A stretch of DNA of 64,000 bases, taken from the IMG/VR virus record IMGVR_UViG_3300045988_181536, positions 1 to 64,000 of that record; one strand, given 5' to 3'. A program made the position numbers and the translations under genes. Of this stretch, positions 1 through 8,661 are shown piece by piece. The DNA comes from a virus. Numbering within the stretch: the stretch's first letter is position 1; the number at the start of each line of letters is the position of its first letter. Under the pieces are notes generated by a model, which made no database searches, was not told the origin of the DNA, and worked only from the letters and a program-made list of their open reading frames with translations.

Positions 1-118
1 ACCTAAACCGCGAGGTTAGGAGAACCCAACTACTTTAGTGCTTGGAGAATGTCAGTTTAAAAAAGTTTAAGAGTTTTTGTACTTGATTTATTTTCAATAT
101 TTCAGAAAATATTGTGTT

Positions 119-481
119 ATGAAAATAAATAATTTTCACAAATTTGCTGATTTTATTTCTGCTACAGATCCGATTTATAATTCTTTAGTTAAGCCTAAGG
201 ATTCTGAAATTGAATACGGTAGAGTTCCTGGAGCTATTAAACCTAAGGCGCAATCTTTTACAAAAGACATGGGTTATCAGTTTGGATATAATCCTTTATT
301 TGATTACGGCGCATCAGGTCTACTAGGTGCAGGTATAGGAGGTCTTTTGGGTAATCGCACCGGAGCTGTAATTGGAGGGTTAGGTGGCGTAGCTTTACCT
401 GCGATTTATAAGTATTTGAAAAATAATCCTGACGCATTAGAGAAGTTTACCAGCTTATTTAGTAACAAAGCTCAAGCTTAA
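119..481 (+). CDS. hypothetical protein with N-terminal NNFHKFAD motif and C-terminal glycine-zipper hydrophobic segment
   Basis: Track ORF 77..481. I chose the internal ATG at 119 (MKINNFHKFAD) because the motif then sits at residues 4-11, as in four other proteins here. The C-terminus GLLGAGIGGLLGNRTGAVIGGLGGVAL is a GxxxG-repeat (glycine zipper). Confidence 0.5.
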   Translation: MKINNFHKFADFISATDPIYNSLVKPKDSEIEYGRVPGAIKPKAQSFTKDMGYQFGYNPLFDYGASGLLGAGIGGLLGNRTGAVIGGLGGVALPAIYKYLKNNPDALEKFTSLFSNKAQA

Positions 482-547
482 TGCCCTCTACGCAACCGTC
501 ACCGCCAATCGCTTTGGATAAAGCGAATAAAATAATGAAAGATTAAT

Positions 548-1555
548 ATGTCTAAAGCTTCACAATGGGCATTAGCCGCATCTGGTCTTTTAGGAGGCGG
601 TTATTTGTTAAAAGAATTAGCTTTTAATCGCAAAAAACCTAAAAGCTTAGGCAAGCTTTTGGGAAAATTAGCTTTATACGGAGGTTTAGGTGCGGGTGCA
701 GGTTATTTGTTAAACAAAGGCTTATCTAATTATATTTATAATAGCGTTAAGCTAAATCCATATTCTTATGAGCCGGAGTATATTTTGTCATCTTTACGTC
801 CTACAGGAGATACCTTACGTGAAAAAACTTCAGATATTTGGAAAAAATTAACTACAACTCCTAATTTAGATGATGTTAAAGCAGTACCTCATCCCTCCAA
901 ATATCATCAGTCTGAATCCACTCCTGAAGTAAACGACCAAGGAGTAATTACAGAAACTTATAAGCAGCCGAATCCGAATATAGGTCAAATTTTAGCAAAG
1001 TATAATTTTGATCCTGAAGAAATAGAAAAGGACAAATCTTTGGCTCCTGGAGAAAAAATTGTATTTAAGGAATACACAAATGGTTTGCCTTATAGAAGGG
1101 AATTGTTAGCAAGATATTTAGGTATTTTTGATCCAAGTAAAGGAAGTTTATTTAAAGAAATTCCCTATAAAGAAGCGGAAAAATCCTATGATAAAACGGG
1201 AATTTTAGCTAAGTTACCAATAGTCAATGATACTGTGTTAGTTCCTAAAGATCATGATAAGTTTTTTGGGAGTATGGTAGGATTGGACAACTTAGATAGA
1301 AATGCAGGTAAAACCGTATTTGGTCATGGTGCTTCACGTCCTGCGTTAGCCCATGTATTATTTGGATTTAATCCTTTATCAAATGCTTTAAATATAGGCG
1401 ATGTATGGGATTTTAGAGTAAATGATGCAACTGACATTAAGGATACCAAACGCATCTACGGAAATAAAAGTTATTGGATGCGTAAATTAATTACATCTTT
1501 ATTTGAAGATAAAGCGCCTATAGTTTTAGGCTTGAAACAATATAAAAATTATTAA
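548..1555 (+). CDS. hypothetical glycine-zipper membrane-associated protein
   Basis: 335-aa ORF with AT-rich phage-like codon usage. N-terminal region ALAASGLLGGGYLL...LYGGLGAGAGYLL contains two GxxxG zipper segments. Confidence 0.5.
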   Translation: MSKASQWALAASGLLGGGYLLKELAFNRKKPKSLGKLLGKLALYGGLGAGAGYLLNKGLSNYIYNSVKLNPYSYEPEYILSSLRPTGDTLREKTSDIWKKLTTTPNLDDVKAVPHPSKYHQSESTPEVNDQGVITETYKQPNPNIGQILAKYNFDPEEIEKDKSLAPGEKIVFKEYTNGLPYRRELLARYLGIFDPSKGSLFKEIPYKEAEKSYDKTGILAKLPIVNDTVLVPKDHDKFFGSMVGLDNLDRNAGKTVFGHGASRPALAHVLFGFNPLSNALNIGDVWDFRVNDATDIKDTKRIYGNKSYWMRKLITSLFEDKAPIVLGLKQYKNY

Positions 1556-1573
1556 AATATACTTTTATTATAT

Positions 1574-2257
1574 ATGGCTAAATTAAATAAATATGAATTA
1601 GAGACTTTATTGCCTACCGAAACTTTTTTTCACGGTCCGGTTGCAGACGTATTAACACAGGGTTGGCCAAGGCAAGGCATCAGATCTGCAATAGCGAATG
1701 CTCTTGCGACTTCAGGTGGCAGCAATTTGTCAGACAGCTTTAGCCTACGAAATCCATTAATTTCCTATTTGGGTTCCAGTGGTATTGGTGGACTTATTGG
1801 AGCAGGGCTTGGCTTAGGTGCAGGAAGTTTAATGGATCAAGGTTCAAACGGTGCGCTTCTTGGAGCTCTGTTAGGAACTATTATAGGCGGAGGCGCAAAC
1901 GCGATTCATCGAAGGAAATTGATTAAAAAGATTAAGAAAGAATTAGAGAATAAAGATTTAGACTTTAATAAGATTCCTGATCGTAAAGCAATGGCATTAT
2001 TAAATCCAGTTGGAGCCATGTATAACGCAGATGAGTTAGCAACTAAAGCTTTGTTGAAAAGTAAAGATGATGGTTCTGCGGATGCTCCGGTTAACGAAGG
2101 CACCTATAATATGATGTATGGTAATGTCCCTGCAGCTCAAGCAATAAATCTAGCTGTTAAATCTGCCCCATTTGTTGGATTATTGGCTGATCCTGGATAT
2201 TTAATTGCGCGAATAGCAGGCAGAAGAGGCAAATACCGTAAAGATTTAGAAGATTAA
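1574..2257 (+). CDS. hypothetical glycine-zipper protein
   Basis: 227-aa ORF. GSSGIGGLIGAGLGLGAGSL...GALLGALLGTIIGGGANAI glycine zippers followed by a basic stretch RRKLIKKIKK. Paralogous in character to 548..1555. Confidence 0.5.
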   Translation: MAKLNKYELETLLPTETFFHGPVADVLTQGWPRQGIRSAIANALATSGGSNLSDSFSLRNPLISYLGSSGIGGLIGAGLGLGAGSLMDQGSNGALLGALLGTIIGGGANAIHRRKLIKKIKKELENKDLDFNKIPDRKAMALLNPVGAMYNADELATKALLKSKDDGSADAPVNEGTYNMMYGNVPAAQAINLAVKSAPFVGLLADPGYLIARIAGRRGKYRKDLED

Positions 2258-2284
2258 ATAACATATTAAACTTGTTTAATTTAA

Positions 2285-2332
2285 AAAATCTGCAAGACTA
2301 GATTTACTATGGATCAAAATCTTGCAGATTTT
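2285..2332 (+). promoter_or_regulatory. 13-bp perfect inverted repeat (aaaatctgcaaga / tcttgcagatttt) whose 22-nt loop contains the ATG of the 2309 ORF, followed by a T-rich run
   Basis: Read directly: left arm 2285..2297, right arm 2320..2332, ATG at 2309..2311 in the loop, then tctttattt. Confidence 0.45.
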
Positions 2333-2860
2333 TCTTTATTTACAGATACTACTACCGCAGTTAGTATTGCTACTTTAATTGTATTCATCTTAGGCGTAAT
2401 TTATATAAGCTTGCCTTGCGTTTCAAAAGATACGCCTATTTATAAATTGATTAAATATATTTTAACTTTTATATGGAACAATGTGTTTTGTAAAATTGTT
2501 CCAGGGTTAAAACCTTACACGCCTGCTTTGGATAATAAACAATCCTTGGCTGAAGAATCTGGAGATTCTTCTATAAAATCCATTTTGGAAGATAAAGCAT
2601 TTATTCTGGAATTGCAGAAAGTTTATAAAGACGACGTTGCCATAAAAGATTTAATTAAATCTAAAATAAGCAATGTTGTTGCAGAATCTATACAAGTAGT
2701 TAGGGAAAATTACGGAGCTATAGCAAAAAAAGTATCAGTGTATTTTGATATTAAAAAAGAATCTGAAACTTCTGTTTATTTTGACTATGACGAAGGAGTT
2801 TTATTTGACAAAGATTCTTTAGGAACAATAAAAATTAAAAACAATGATTCGAATAAATAA
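2309..2860 (+). CDS. hypothetical membrane protein (one N-terminal TM helix)
   Basis: 183-aa ORF. Hydrophobic AVSIATLIVFILGVIYISL near the N-terminus. Its start codon lies in the loop of the hairpin above. Confidence 0.45.
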   Translation: MDQNLADFSLFTDTTTAVSIATLIVFILGVIYISLPCVSKDTPIYKLIKYILTFIWNNVFCKIVPGLKPYTPALDNKQSLAEESGDSSIKSILEDKAFILELQKVYKDDVAIKDLIKSKISNVVAESIQVVRENYGAIAKKVSVYFDIKKESETSVYFDYDEGVLFDKDSLGTIKIKNNDSNK

Positions 2861-3611
2861 CTTTAGAAAATTTGCATCTGCTGCTTCCAAACCTTATACC
2901 TATGCGGATATGGTCAAGGATTTACAGTCTTATGAAGGATGGGGTAAGCGCAATAACGATGAGATTTATATGGATACAAAGGATACCAAGGACAAACATA
3001 TTCCGACAATGCCTGGGGGCGTTAAACTTTATCCATTTGTAGAACAGTATCTTAGGAAGAATTTAAAATATACCGGAGATTTAAAAGTAGGTTCTAAAAT
3101 TCCAAGAAACATTTCAAGGCAGCTGCAAGAATGGTATTTACAGAATCATGTTGGCGTTCGTAATCTGGAAGGTTTTAATAAGTTGTCTGAAAACGCTAAA
3201 AATCATTTATTGCAGTTAGGCTTTAATGCTAATCTTCCCAATTGGCCCAATTTTAGAGAAGCTCTTGCAGCAGGCAATAAGGCGGAAATAATTAAGCATT
3301 TAAGAGACTCTAATGTTTGGAGAAATGAGCAGGAAAGGTTTCAAAAGGGAGAAAAATTTACGCCGAGATGGACGAATACAATTAACGCTTTAGAAAAGGA
3401 ATTTGGATTAGCTCCAGCAACTGTTGCAGTTACGGACAACGATGCAAATAATAAATTATCCAAGCGTCCGTTACCTAATAAAGGCATCGCCGCAAGTCCT
3501 CAACAACAATCCAAAGAAACAAATAGTTGGGTTCATCCGGAAACAGGGGAAATTTGGACGCCCGAAAAACTGACGAACGCAGTAAAATCTGCTCCAGTAA
3601 TAGAGATATGA
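2844..3611 (+). CDS. putative lysozyme-like protein (T4-lysozyme / GH24-like fold) carrying the N-terminal NNFRKFAS motif
   Basis: MIRINNFRKFAS at residues 4-12. YEGWGKRNNDEIYMDTKD has T4L-like E-x8-D-x5-T catalytic spacing. LSENAKNHLLQLGFNANL and ALAAGNKAEIIKHLRDSNVWRNEQERFQ resemble the T4L C-terminal lobe (NMVFQMG ... AAVNLAKSRWYNQTPNRA). Confidence 0.45.
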   Translation: MIRINNFRKFASAASKPYTYADMVKDLQSYEGWGKRNNDEIYMDTKDTKDKHIPTMPGGVKLYPFVEQYLRKNLKYTGDLKVGSKIPRNISRQLQEWYLQNHVGVRNLEGFNKLSENAKNHLLQLGFNANLPNWPNFREALAAGNKAEIIKHLRDSNVWRNEQERFQKGEKFTPRWTNTINALEKEFGLAPATVAVTDNDANNKLSKRPLPNKGIAASPQQQSKETNSWVHPETGEIWTPEKLTNAVKSAPVIEI

Positions 3612-4630
3612 TTAAAAAAATCATTCCATTAAACATAGAAAATTATGGTTTTAATTTAGATGAGGATGATTATTTTTCATCTATACATGAAAACCATAAT
3701 TTAATTGAGGCAGTAAGAAAATTTTTTAAAGAGGTAGAGGATGAAAACCCTGAATATTGGTGGAATGGGTTGCGCTTAGAAAACTTTAATGGCACTTATG
3801 ATCGAATTTACGCTTTATTTTACAAAGGCACATTAATCGGTTATGTAGGCATAACACCAAGATCAGAAATAACGGAATTGTTGCCGTATGAAAGCATACC
3901 TGGAGAATATATTAGCGTAGCTTTATTAAATAAATATAGAGGTAAAGGTATAGCTAAAAAAATGGTTGCCGAGGCAATTAGCGATTTTGAGTCTGAAAGT
4001 GGTTATGGTAAATTAAAAAATCCAGTGTGGACAGTTCATGAAGATAATAAAAAATCGCAAGCGTTATTTAAATCGTTAACATCAGGAAATGAATACTTGA
4101 AGAATTTAGGCATTAGATTAATAATCAAAGATAAATTTAATAATTTTAAGGATATGTCAAAAGATACGAATGCACCTACCACGGTTGAAGAATTTTTAGA
4201 ATTTGCTAAAACAGCTTTTGTGCCTGCTGAAAAAATGGCTGGCGCCGGAGCTCCACCGCCTCCTGAAGCCATGCCCCCGCAAGGAGGAATGCCGCCCATG
4301 GACCCATCCGCTATGCCTCCTCCAGGAGCTATGCCTCCGGATCCCTCAATGATGGGTGGGGCTATGCCGCCTATGGATCCTGGCATGGGTGGAGCTGCTC
4401 CCCAAGGTGGAGATCCGGTAGCTGAAATAATTCCTATGTTGGAGGAATTTGGATCCACAGTTCAAAAACAGGAACAAGACATTAATGCTATGCGTCAAGA
4501 ATTTGCTGATCTTAAGCAATCTTTTATTGATTTGCAGAATAAGTATTCGCAAATCGCAGGTCAGTATTCTACGATTATAAGCATCATGCAAGGCGGGAAA
4601 CTTCCCGAGGCTCCGAAACTCTCTGTATGA
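3608..4630 (+). CDS. GNAT-like acetyltransferase-fold domain, Met/Pro-rich low-complexity linker and C-terminal coiled coil
   Basis: I chose the start at 3608 (ATGA overlap with the stop of the upstream gene) rather than the track start 3527. ISVALLNKYRGKGIAKKMV fits the GNAT motif A (R-x-x-G-x-G/A after a beta strand). Six MPP(x)DP repeats follow, then a heptad-rich tail. Confidence 0.4.
   Translation: MIKKIIPLNIENYGFNLDEDDYFSSIHENHNLIEAVRKFFKEVEDENPEYWWNGLRLENFNGTYDRIYALFYKGTLIGYVGITPRSEITELLPYESIPGEYISVALLNKYRGKGIAKKMVAEAISDFESESGYGKLKNPVWTVHEDNKKSQALFKSLTSGNEYLKNLGIRLIIKDKFNNFKDMSKDTNAPTTVEEFLEFAKTAFVPAEKMAGAGAPPPPEAMPPQGGMPPMDPSAMPPPGAMPPDPSMMGGAMPPMDPGMGGAAPQGGDPVAEIIPMLEEFGSTVQKQEQDINAMRQEFADLKQSFIDLQNKYSQIAGQYSTIISIMQGGKLPEAPKLSV
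4250..4410 (+). repeat. imperfect tandem coding repeat (atgccNcc units) encoding MPPxDP/MPPQGG low-complexity repeats
   Basis: About six consecutive atgcc(t/g/c)cc units, locally GC-rich. This explains the spurious minus-strand ORFs 4036..4458 and 4346..4591. Confidence 0.5.
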
Positions 4631-4881
4631 TTATTAGATTAAGGTCAGCTTTAGACAGACAAGTTATAGAAGTGCCAAAAGACATTTCTTTTGTGGAGTT
4701 ATGCAATGATGAAGGAAAAGTAATGTCCGTGTTGGTTCAAAATAAACTAACAGGCACTTTAGACATGTTTGATTTTCGTGACGTTGATACAGCGAAGCGT
4801 TACGAGAATTTTTTTAAAGTTGAATTTTTAAAAGATGTACGAGTCTTAGATCCTGAAAAATATTCTGAAGAAAGGAAGTAA
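4627..4881 (+). CDS. hypothetical protein
   Basis: 84-aa ORF whose start overlaps the upstream stop (ATGA), in an operon-like context. Confidence 0.4.
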   Translation: MIIRLRSALDRQVIEVPKDISFVELCNDEGKVMSVLVQNKLTGTLDMFDFRDVDTAKRYENFFKVEFLKDVRVLDPEKYSEERK

Positions 4882-4883
4882 AT

Positions 4884-5156
4884 ATGAGCAGCACATCACC
4901 GGAGGGGGATTCAATATATAATTTAAGATTTAAGGTTACGTTAAATAACGAAGATAAATATTATGACATGACGGTTAACTCTGAAAATCTGTCTAGAAAT
5001 AATATATTAGCCAAGTTTAATTTTAACGAAACTACTGATGCTACCGGAGCACAGGAATCTTATACATTAAAGGATAATACCGGAATAGATAGACAAATGT
5101 ATCTCGTAGTAGATACTATAAATGGAGTGTTAACTCCAAAACTTGAGGTGAAATAA
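4884..5156 (+). CDS. hypothetical protein
   Basis: 90-aa ORF. SD-like aaaggaag lies 6 nt upstream. Confidence 0.4.
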   Translation: MSSTSPEGDSIYNLRFKVTLNNEDKYYDMTVNSENLSRNNILAKFNFNETTDATGAQESYTLKDNTGIDRQMYLVVDTINGVLTPKLEVK

Positions 5157-5158
5157 TA

Positions 5159-5449
5159 ATGTTTAAAAAAGTATTTTCCATATTTTTATTGTTTCTTCTT
5201 ACAGCCTGCTCTTACCAGGTAAAGTTATCATTTAAGGATGATATTGAGAAAATACAAGAACAACAAATAGCTTTATACAGGGATGATTGCATTCAAAATT
5301 TATATTTTGACGCGATAAACAATCCTGATCTGTTAAAAAAATCCGACAAAGAATTAGGAGAATTATATTTTAAGTTCTTTTCCGTTCAAGATCAGATAAT
5401 TTATGTTCAACAGGCAAGGAATTTGGTAAAAAATAAGGACGGAGATTAG
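5159..5449 (+). CDS. lipoprotein (signal peptide with lipobox L-T-A-C)
   Basis: MFKKVFSIFLLFLLTACSYQ is a basic n-region, hydrophobic core and LTAC lipobox. SD gaggtga lies 8 nt upstream. Confidence 0.5.
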   Translation: MFKKVFSIFLLFLLTACSYQVKLSFKDDIEKIQEQQIALYRDDCIQNLYFDAINNPDLLKKSDKELGELYFKFFSVQDQIIYVQQARNLVKNKDGD

Positions 5450-5451
5450 CT

Positions 5452-6414
5452 ATGTCAGGCATAAAAACGTTATTTTCGTGGGTTAAAAATAAGTTTAAAA
5501 AGAATCGTAGAAGTGAATCTACGCCTTCTGAGAAGTTAACTGCTTTATTTAAATCAAAATCAGGTTCTTCAAAATTATTGGGTTGTAAACCCGACCTACC
5601 TGATGAGCGTGACCATATCAAACTTGGATCATCTATTTATCAAAATACCGTAGATAGCGTTAAGGATTTTTCTTTAAAAAAGTATGCGCCGCCTGTGCAA
5701 AATCAAAAAAATACATCGGCATGCGGGGGTTTTGCAGCATCTGCGGCTGTTTTTATTTTGCGCAATAAAATGTTAAATATGGTGCAGCCTGGTAATTCGG
5801 ATAAAGATGTAACTGGGAATTTTTTACTCTCACCTTTATATATTTATTATAATGCAAGGTTTGTAGACTTTTTATTTGATGATAAATTTTACGGCAAGGT
5901 TAGTTCTCCGCTTCCGGATTGCGGAGTTACACTTAGAAGCTTAATGAAAGCTTTAAAAAAATACGGTGTAGTTCCGGAAATCGTAATGCCATTTTATAAG
6001 TTTACACCGGATAGCAATCCGCCTGGAGCTATTGATCCTGCAAAGAATTTTAAAATAAAAGAATATTTAAGGATTTCAATGGAAGCTGATCCGGAAGAAA
6101 TCTGTAAAAATGTGTTGGTTGCTGAGCATCTTCCTATTATTGCAGGTTTATATCTTTATAAGGAACAAATGGATAATTTGGATTACTATGGATATTTGGA
6201 ACCTTGTAAGGATATCAAAGATGCTGAATTAATTGGAGGGCATGCGGTTTGTATTACCGGATTTAAACAAAAGAACGGTCAAACCTATTTTGAATTTTTG
6301 AATAGTTGGGGTACATCAACAGGGGATTTTGGATATGGTTATTTTCCTGCTTCGTTTTTGTCGGATAAAAATTATGTAATGGACCTTTGGACCTTTGATA
6401 AAAGTTATTTCTAA
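5452..6414 (+). CDS. papain-family (C1A) cysteine peptidase
   Basis: VQNQKNTSACGGFAASAAVF matches the papain VKNQGSCGSCWAFSAV block, with the oxyanion Gln and the nucleophile Cys at nt 5722..5724. IGGHAVCITGF matches the DHAVAAVGY His block (His at nt 6241..6243). LNSWGTSTGDFGYGYF matches the NSWGTGWGENGY Asn block. SD ggacggag lies upstream. Confidence 0.75.
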   Translation: MSGIKTLFSWVKNKFKKNRRSESTPSEKLTALFKSKSGSSKLLGCKPDLPDERDHIKLGSSIYQNTVDSVKDFSLKKYAPPVQNQKNTSACGGFAASAAVFILRNKMLNMVQPGNSDKDVTGNFLLSPLYIYYNARFVDFLFDDKFYGKVSSPLPDCGVTLRSLMKALKKYGVVPEIVMPFYKFTPDSNPPGAIDPAKNFKIKEYLRISMEADPEEICKNVLVAEHLPIIAGLYLYKEQMDNLDYYGYLEPCKDIKDAELIGGHAVCITGFKQKNGQTYFEFLNSWGTSTGDFGYGYFPASFLSDKNYVMDLWTFDKSYF

Positions 6415-6620
6415 TGCAGATAATTATAGCATCCATTTTAAAAATTATTGAATATATTGCTTCTATTTTTGCTAATAGAGCAAAAGATAACGCTTTAACA
6501 GACAATGAGTTGGCTAAGAAGATCAACCGAGAGTCAGATAAGCATAATGAATTAATAAACAAATCTTTAAAAGGGGATAAAAAAGCTCTCGATGAAATAC
6601 GCAAGAATATTTCTATTTAG
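6414..6620 (+). CDS. small protein with hydrophobic N-terminus and coiled-coil tail (i-spanin-like or holin-like candidate)
   Basis: 68 aa. MQIIIASILKIIEYIASIFA is hydrophobic; heptad-like ELAKKINRESDKHNELINKSLKGDKKALDEIRK follows. Start overlaps the upstream stop (ATGCAGA). Confidence 0.35.
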   Translation: MQIIIASILKIIEYIASIFANRAKDNALTDNELAKKINRESDKHNELINKSLKGDKKALDEIRKNISI

Positions 6621-6960
6621 CATATGCATAGTTGTAGCAGGATGTATGTCTACGACTAATAAGACTCCTGACATTATAGAACGAGATGTAATATCTTATG
6701 ACGAATATGGTGATCAGACAGGGGGTTTAATAGATATTGAAGAAGGAAAATATTTTATAATTACTAAAAAAACAGTTGATTTATATAACGCTTTAGTAGA
6801 TAAATACGGTGATAAAATTGTGCCGCCTTTAAAGAAAAACGAAGGCATCACAAAATGTGAAAATGGAAATAATTATAAAATTTCGCCAAAATACATGAAA
6901 TATTTTATGGATATGGCGGATGCCTACCGTATGGAACTTAACAGAAAGGATAATTTATAA
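6592..6960 (+). CDS. lipoprotein (lipobox V-A-G-C), o-spanin-like candidate overlapping the upstream gene
   Basis: MKYARIFLFSICIVVAGCMSTT is a signal peptide plus lipobox. The 5' end overlaps 6414..6620 by 29 nt in another frame, as in Rz/Rz1-type arrangements. It is larger than a typical o-spanin and not Pro-rich. Confidence 0.4.
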   Translation: MKYARIFLFSICIVVAGCMSTTNKTPDIIERDVISYDEYGDQTGGLIDIEEGKYFIITKKTVDLYNALVDKYGDKIVPPLKKNEGITKCENGNNYKISPKYMKYFMDMADAYRMELNRKDNL

Positions 6961-7212
6961 ATGACGGAAGATCAAAAAGATAAACTTTATGCTTCTAAAG
7001 GAATCACAATTCCCGCTGGAATGTCTGCATTTGGACCAAGCACGGAAGAATGGATGCAAATGAGTGGAATAGGAACTTTATTTCACAATTTTGTAAATCC
7101 TTCAAATGCAAAATCCGAAGAAGCAAATAAAGTAGTGGAAGAGAGAACTGTGAATAATACGGATAATCCTAAACGTAAATTTTTGTTTAATGTAAGACTA
7201 TCTAAAAGTTAG
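6961..7212 (+). CDS. hypothetical protein
   Basis: 83-aa ORF starting 1 nt after the upstream stop. Confidence 0.4.
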   Translation: MTEDQKDKLYASKGITIPAGMSAFGPSTEEWMQMSGIGTLFHNFVNPSNAKSEEANKVVEERTVNNTDNPKRKFLFNVRLSKS

Positions 7213-7221
7213 TTATCGACA

Positions 7222-7246
7222 AGCACACATAAAGTGTGCTAATTTT
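7222..7246 (+). terminator. weak hairpin (agcacac ataaa gtgtgct) followed by aatttt
   Basis: 7-bp stem read directly, located after the 6961..7212 stop. Confidence 0.3.
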
Positions 7247-7254
7247 AAATAATA

Positions 7255-7755
7255 ATGAATCGCCCTGTAGAAATATCAACATCTCCTACGGAATCATTGC
7301 TTAATCACGGAGATGTATTTGAAACCGAGGATCAAATTGCTTTAAAACTTTCTTCAATTGAAGAATTAACTATACCTTCATTTGAAGTCAGTTCTGAGGC
7401 TGAGACAATGATGGAACAAATGGACGATTTAACTCCTAGAGATAGATATGTTTTAACCACCCTGGATCTAATGCGTCAAAAGATGGATTGGATGATTCCC
7501 AGATTAAAAAACATATCTCGAGAAGTTAGGAAAACAAATGGCACATGCATCCAGTTAAAAACTTGGAAGCACAGTGTGGAAAATGATATAGATGAAACTA
7601 TTAAATTTTCCAAAAAACATAAAGCTGATATGGCTAAAGAAGATGCCTTAAAATCCTTTTTTAAAAATACAGCTATATTTTTAATTGGTATTTTAGGCGG
7701 TATTGGAGGTACAATTACAATTGCTTCAGAATTTTTTAGTTTGATCAAGAATTGA
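7255..7755 (+). CDS. hypothetical protein with C-terminal glycine-zipper TM segment
   Basis: 166 aa. The C-terminus is AIFLIGILGGIGGTITIASEFFSL. Confidence 0.45.
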   Translation: MNRPVEISTSPTESLLNHGDVFETEDQIALKLSSIEELTIPSFEVSSEAETMMEQMDDLTPRDRYVLTTLDLMRQKMDWMIPRLKNISREVRKTNGTCIQLKTWKHSVENDIDETIKFSKKHKADMAKEDALKSFFKNTAIFLIGILGGIGGTITIASEFFSLIKN

Positions 7756-7756
7756 T

Positions 7757-8086
7757 ATGTCTTCAAGCGGATCTACAACAACTTTAGCATCCTGTCAAAA
7801 TGACAGGATAGTTTATCCTTCGGGATATATTAAGTCATCTGCGTCTGCGGATGGTCAAATGACATTATCCACAGATGGCAATGGCAACCCGTTAACCAAT
7901 ATTGAACTGTCAGCAACTAACTCAATTAGTTTAAATGGACCTGTAAAGGTGATAAAGATGAATGTGTTTAATTCAAATAAACAAATTGTTGCTAATACAT
8001 TTGTGTATTTAATTTTTGAACAAACAGATGGACTAATTACACCATCTTATTTAACTCAAGAAGAATGGGACGCGTATAATGCATAA
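7757..8086 (+). CDS. hypothetical protein
   Basis: 109-aa ORF adjacent to its neighbours, Ser/Thr-rich. Confidence 0.4.
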   Translation: MSSSGSTTTLASCQNDRIVYPSGYIKSSASADGQMTLSTDGNGNPLTNIELSATNSISLNGPVKVIKMNVFNSNKQIVANTFVYLIFEQTDGLITPSYLTQEEWDAYNA

Positions 8087-8660
8087 ATTTTTATTTGGAT
8101 TATTGATTTCAGGTCTTGCAGCTCTGGCATTATGTGCCACTACTAAGCCTGTAACTTATGACTCGAATACAGGCGTAGTTAATACACCTGCAAATTTTTC
8201 CACGGCTAATAATTTGCCTACATTCTCAAATGTGCAAATATATTCCGGTCCAATGGATGAGTTTACGGACATGGAAATAAAAGTTCTATCCCCGAGTGGC
8301 ACGGAATTGTATTTTTTTACTACAGTAAATTTTAATAGTTCTTGGGTAAAAAATAATAACCCTGCAATTTGTGATACGACTGCAGTGTGCTATTATTTTC
8401 GGTCTGGTCCAGGTGTGACTTGTGCGCATGTTAAAACGAAGTTTTCCAATTTAAATTCTTCCATTGCAAACCAAATATCTTCAAATTTGCGTATTGGAGG
8501 AATTGTCGTGCAGCCGTCTGCTGCCTTTTTATCTGTGTTTAACAACCCTAATAACACAGTTGTAATCTGGAGAATAGGCAGGAGCGGTGCAGATGTAGAT
8601 ACATACGGGGGCAAGATATGGCGTCCCGCTGTGGTACAATTTTTTAAACCTTTAAATTAA
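8079..8660 (+). CDS. secreted protein (signal peptide, ALA|L cleavage or lipoprotein-like)
   Basis: MHKFLFGLLISGLAALALCATT N-terminal signal peptide. Cys-containing, beta-rich body. Confidence 0.45.
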   Translation: MHKFLFGLLISGLAALALCATTKPVTYDSNTGVVNTPANFSTANNLPTFSNVQIYSGPMDEFTDMEIKVLSPSGTELYFFTTVNFNSSWVKNNNPAICDTTAVCYYFRSGPGVTCAHVKTKFSNLNSSIANQISSNLRIGGIVVQPSAAFLSVFNNPNNTVVIWRIGRSGADVDTYGGKIWRPAVVQFFKPLN

Positions 8661-8661
8661 A

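Noticed and set aside
3527-3607. Upstream start at 3527 for the GNAT-like gene
   Set aside because: It would overlap the preceding gene by 85 nt. The ATG at 3608 forms a canonical ATGA stop/start overlap.
4036-4591. Minus-strand ORFs 4036..4458 and 4346..4591
   Set aside because: They lie entirely inside the + strand gene 3608..4630 and are generated by the GC-rich Met/Pro codon repeat. Low-complexity G/P/A translations with no independent start context.
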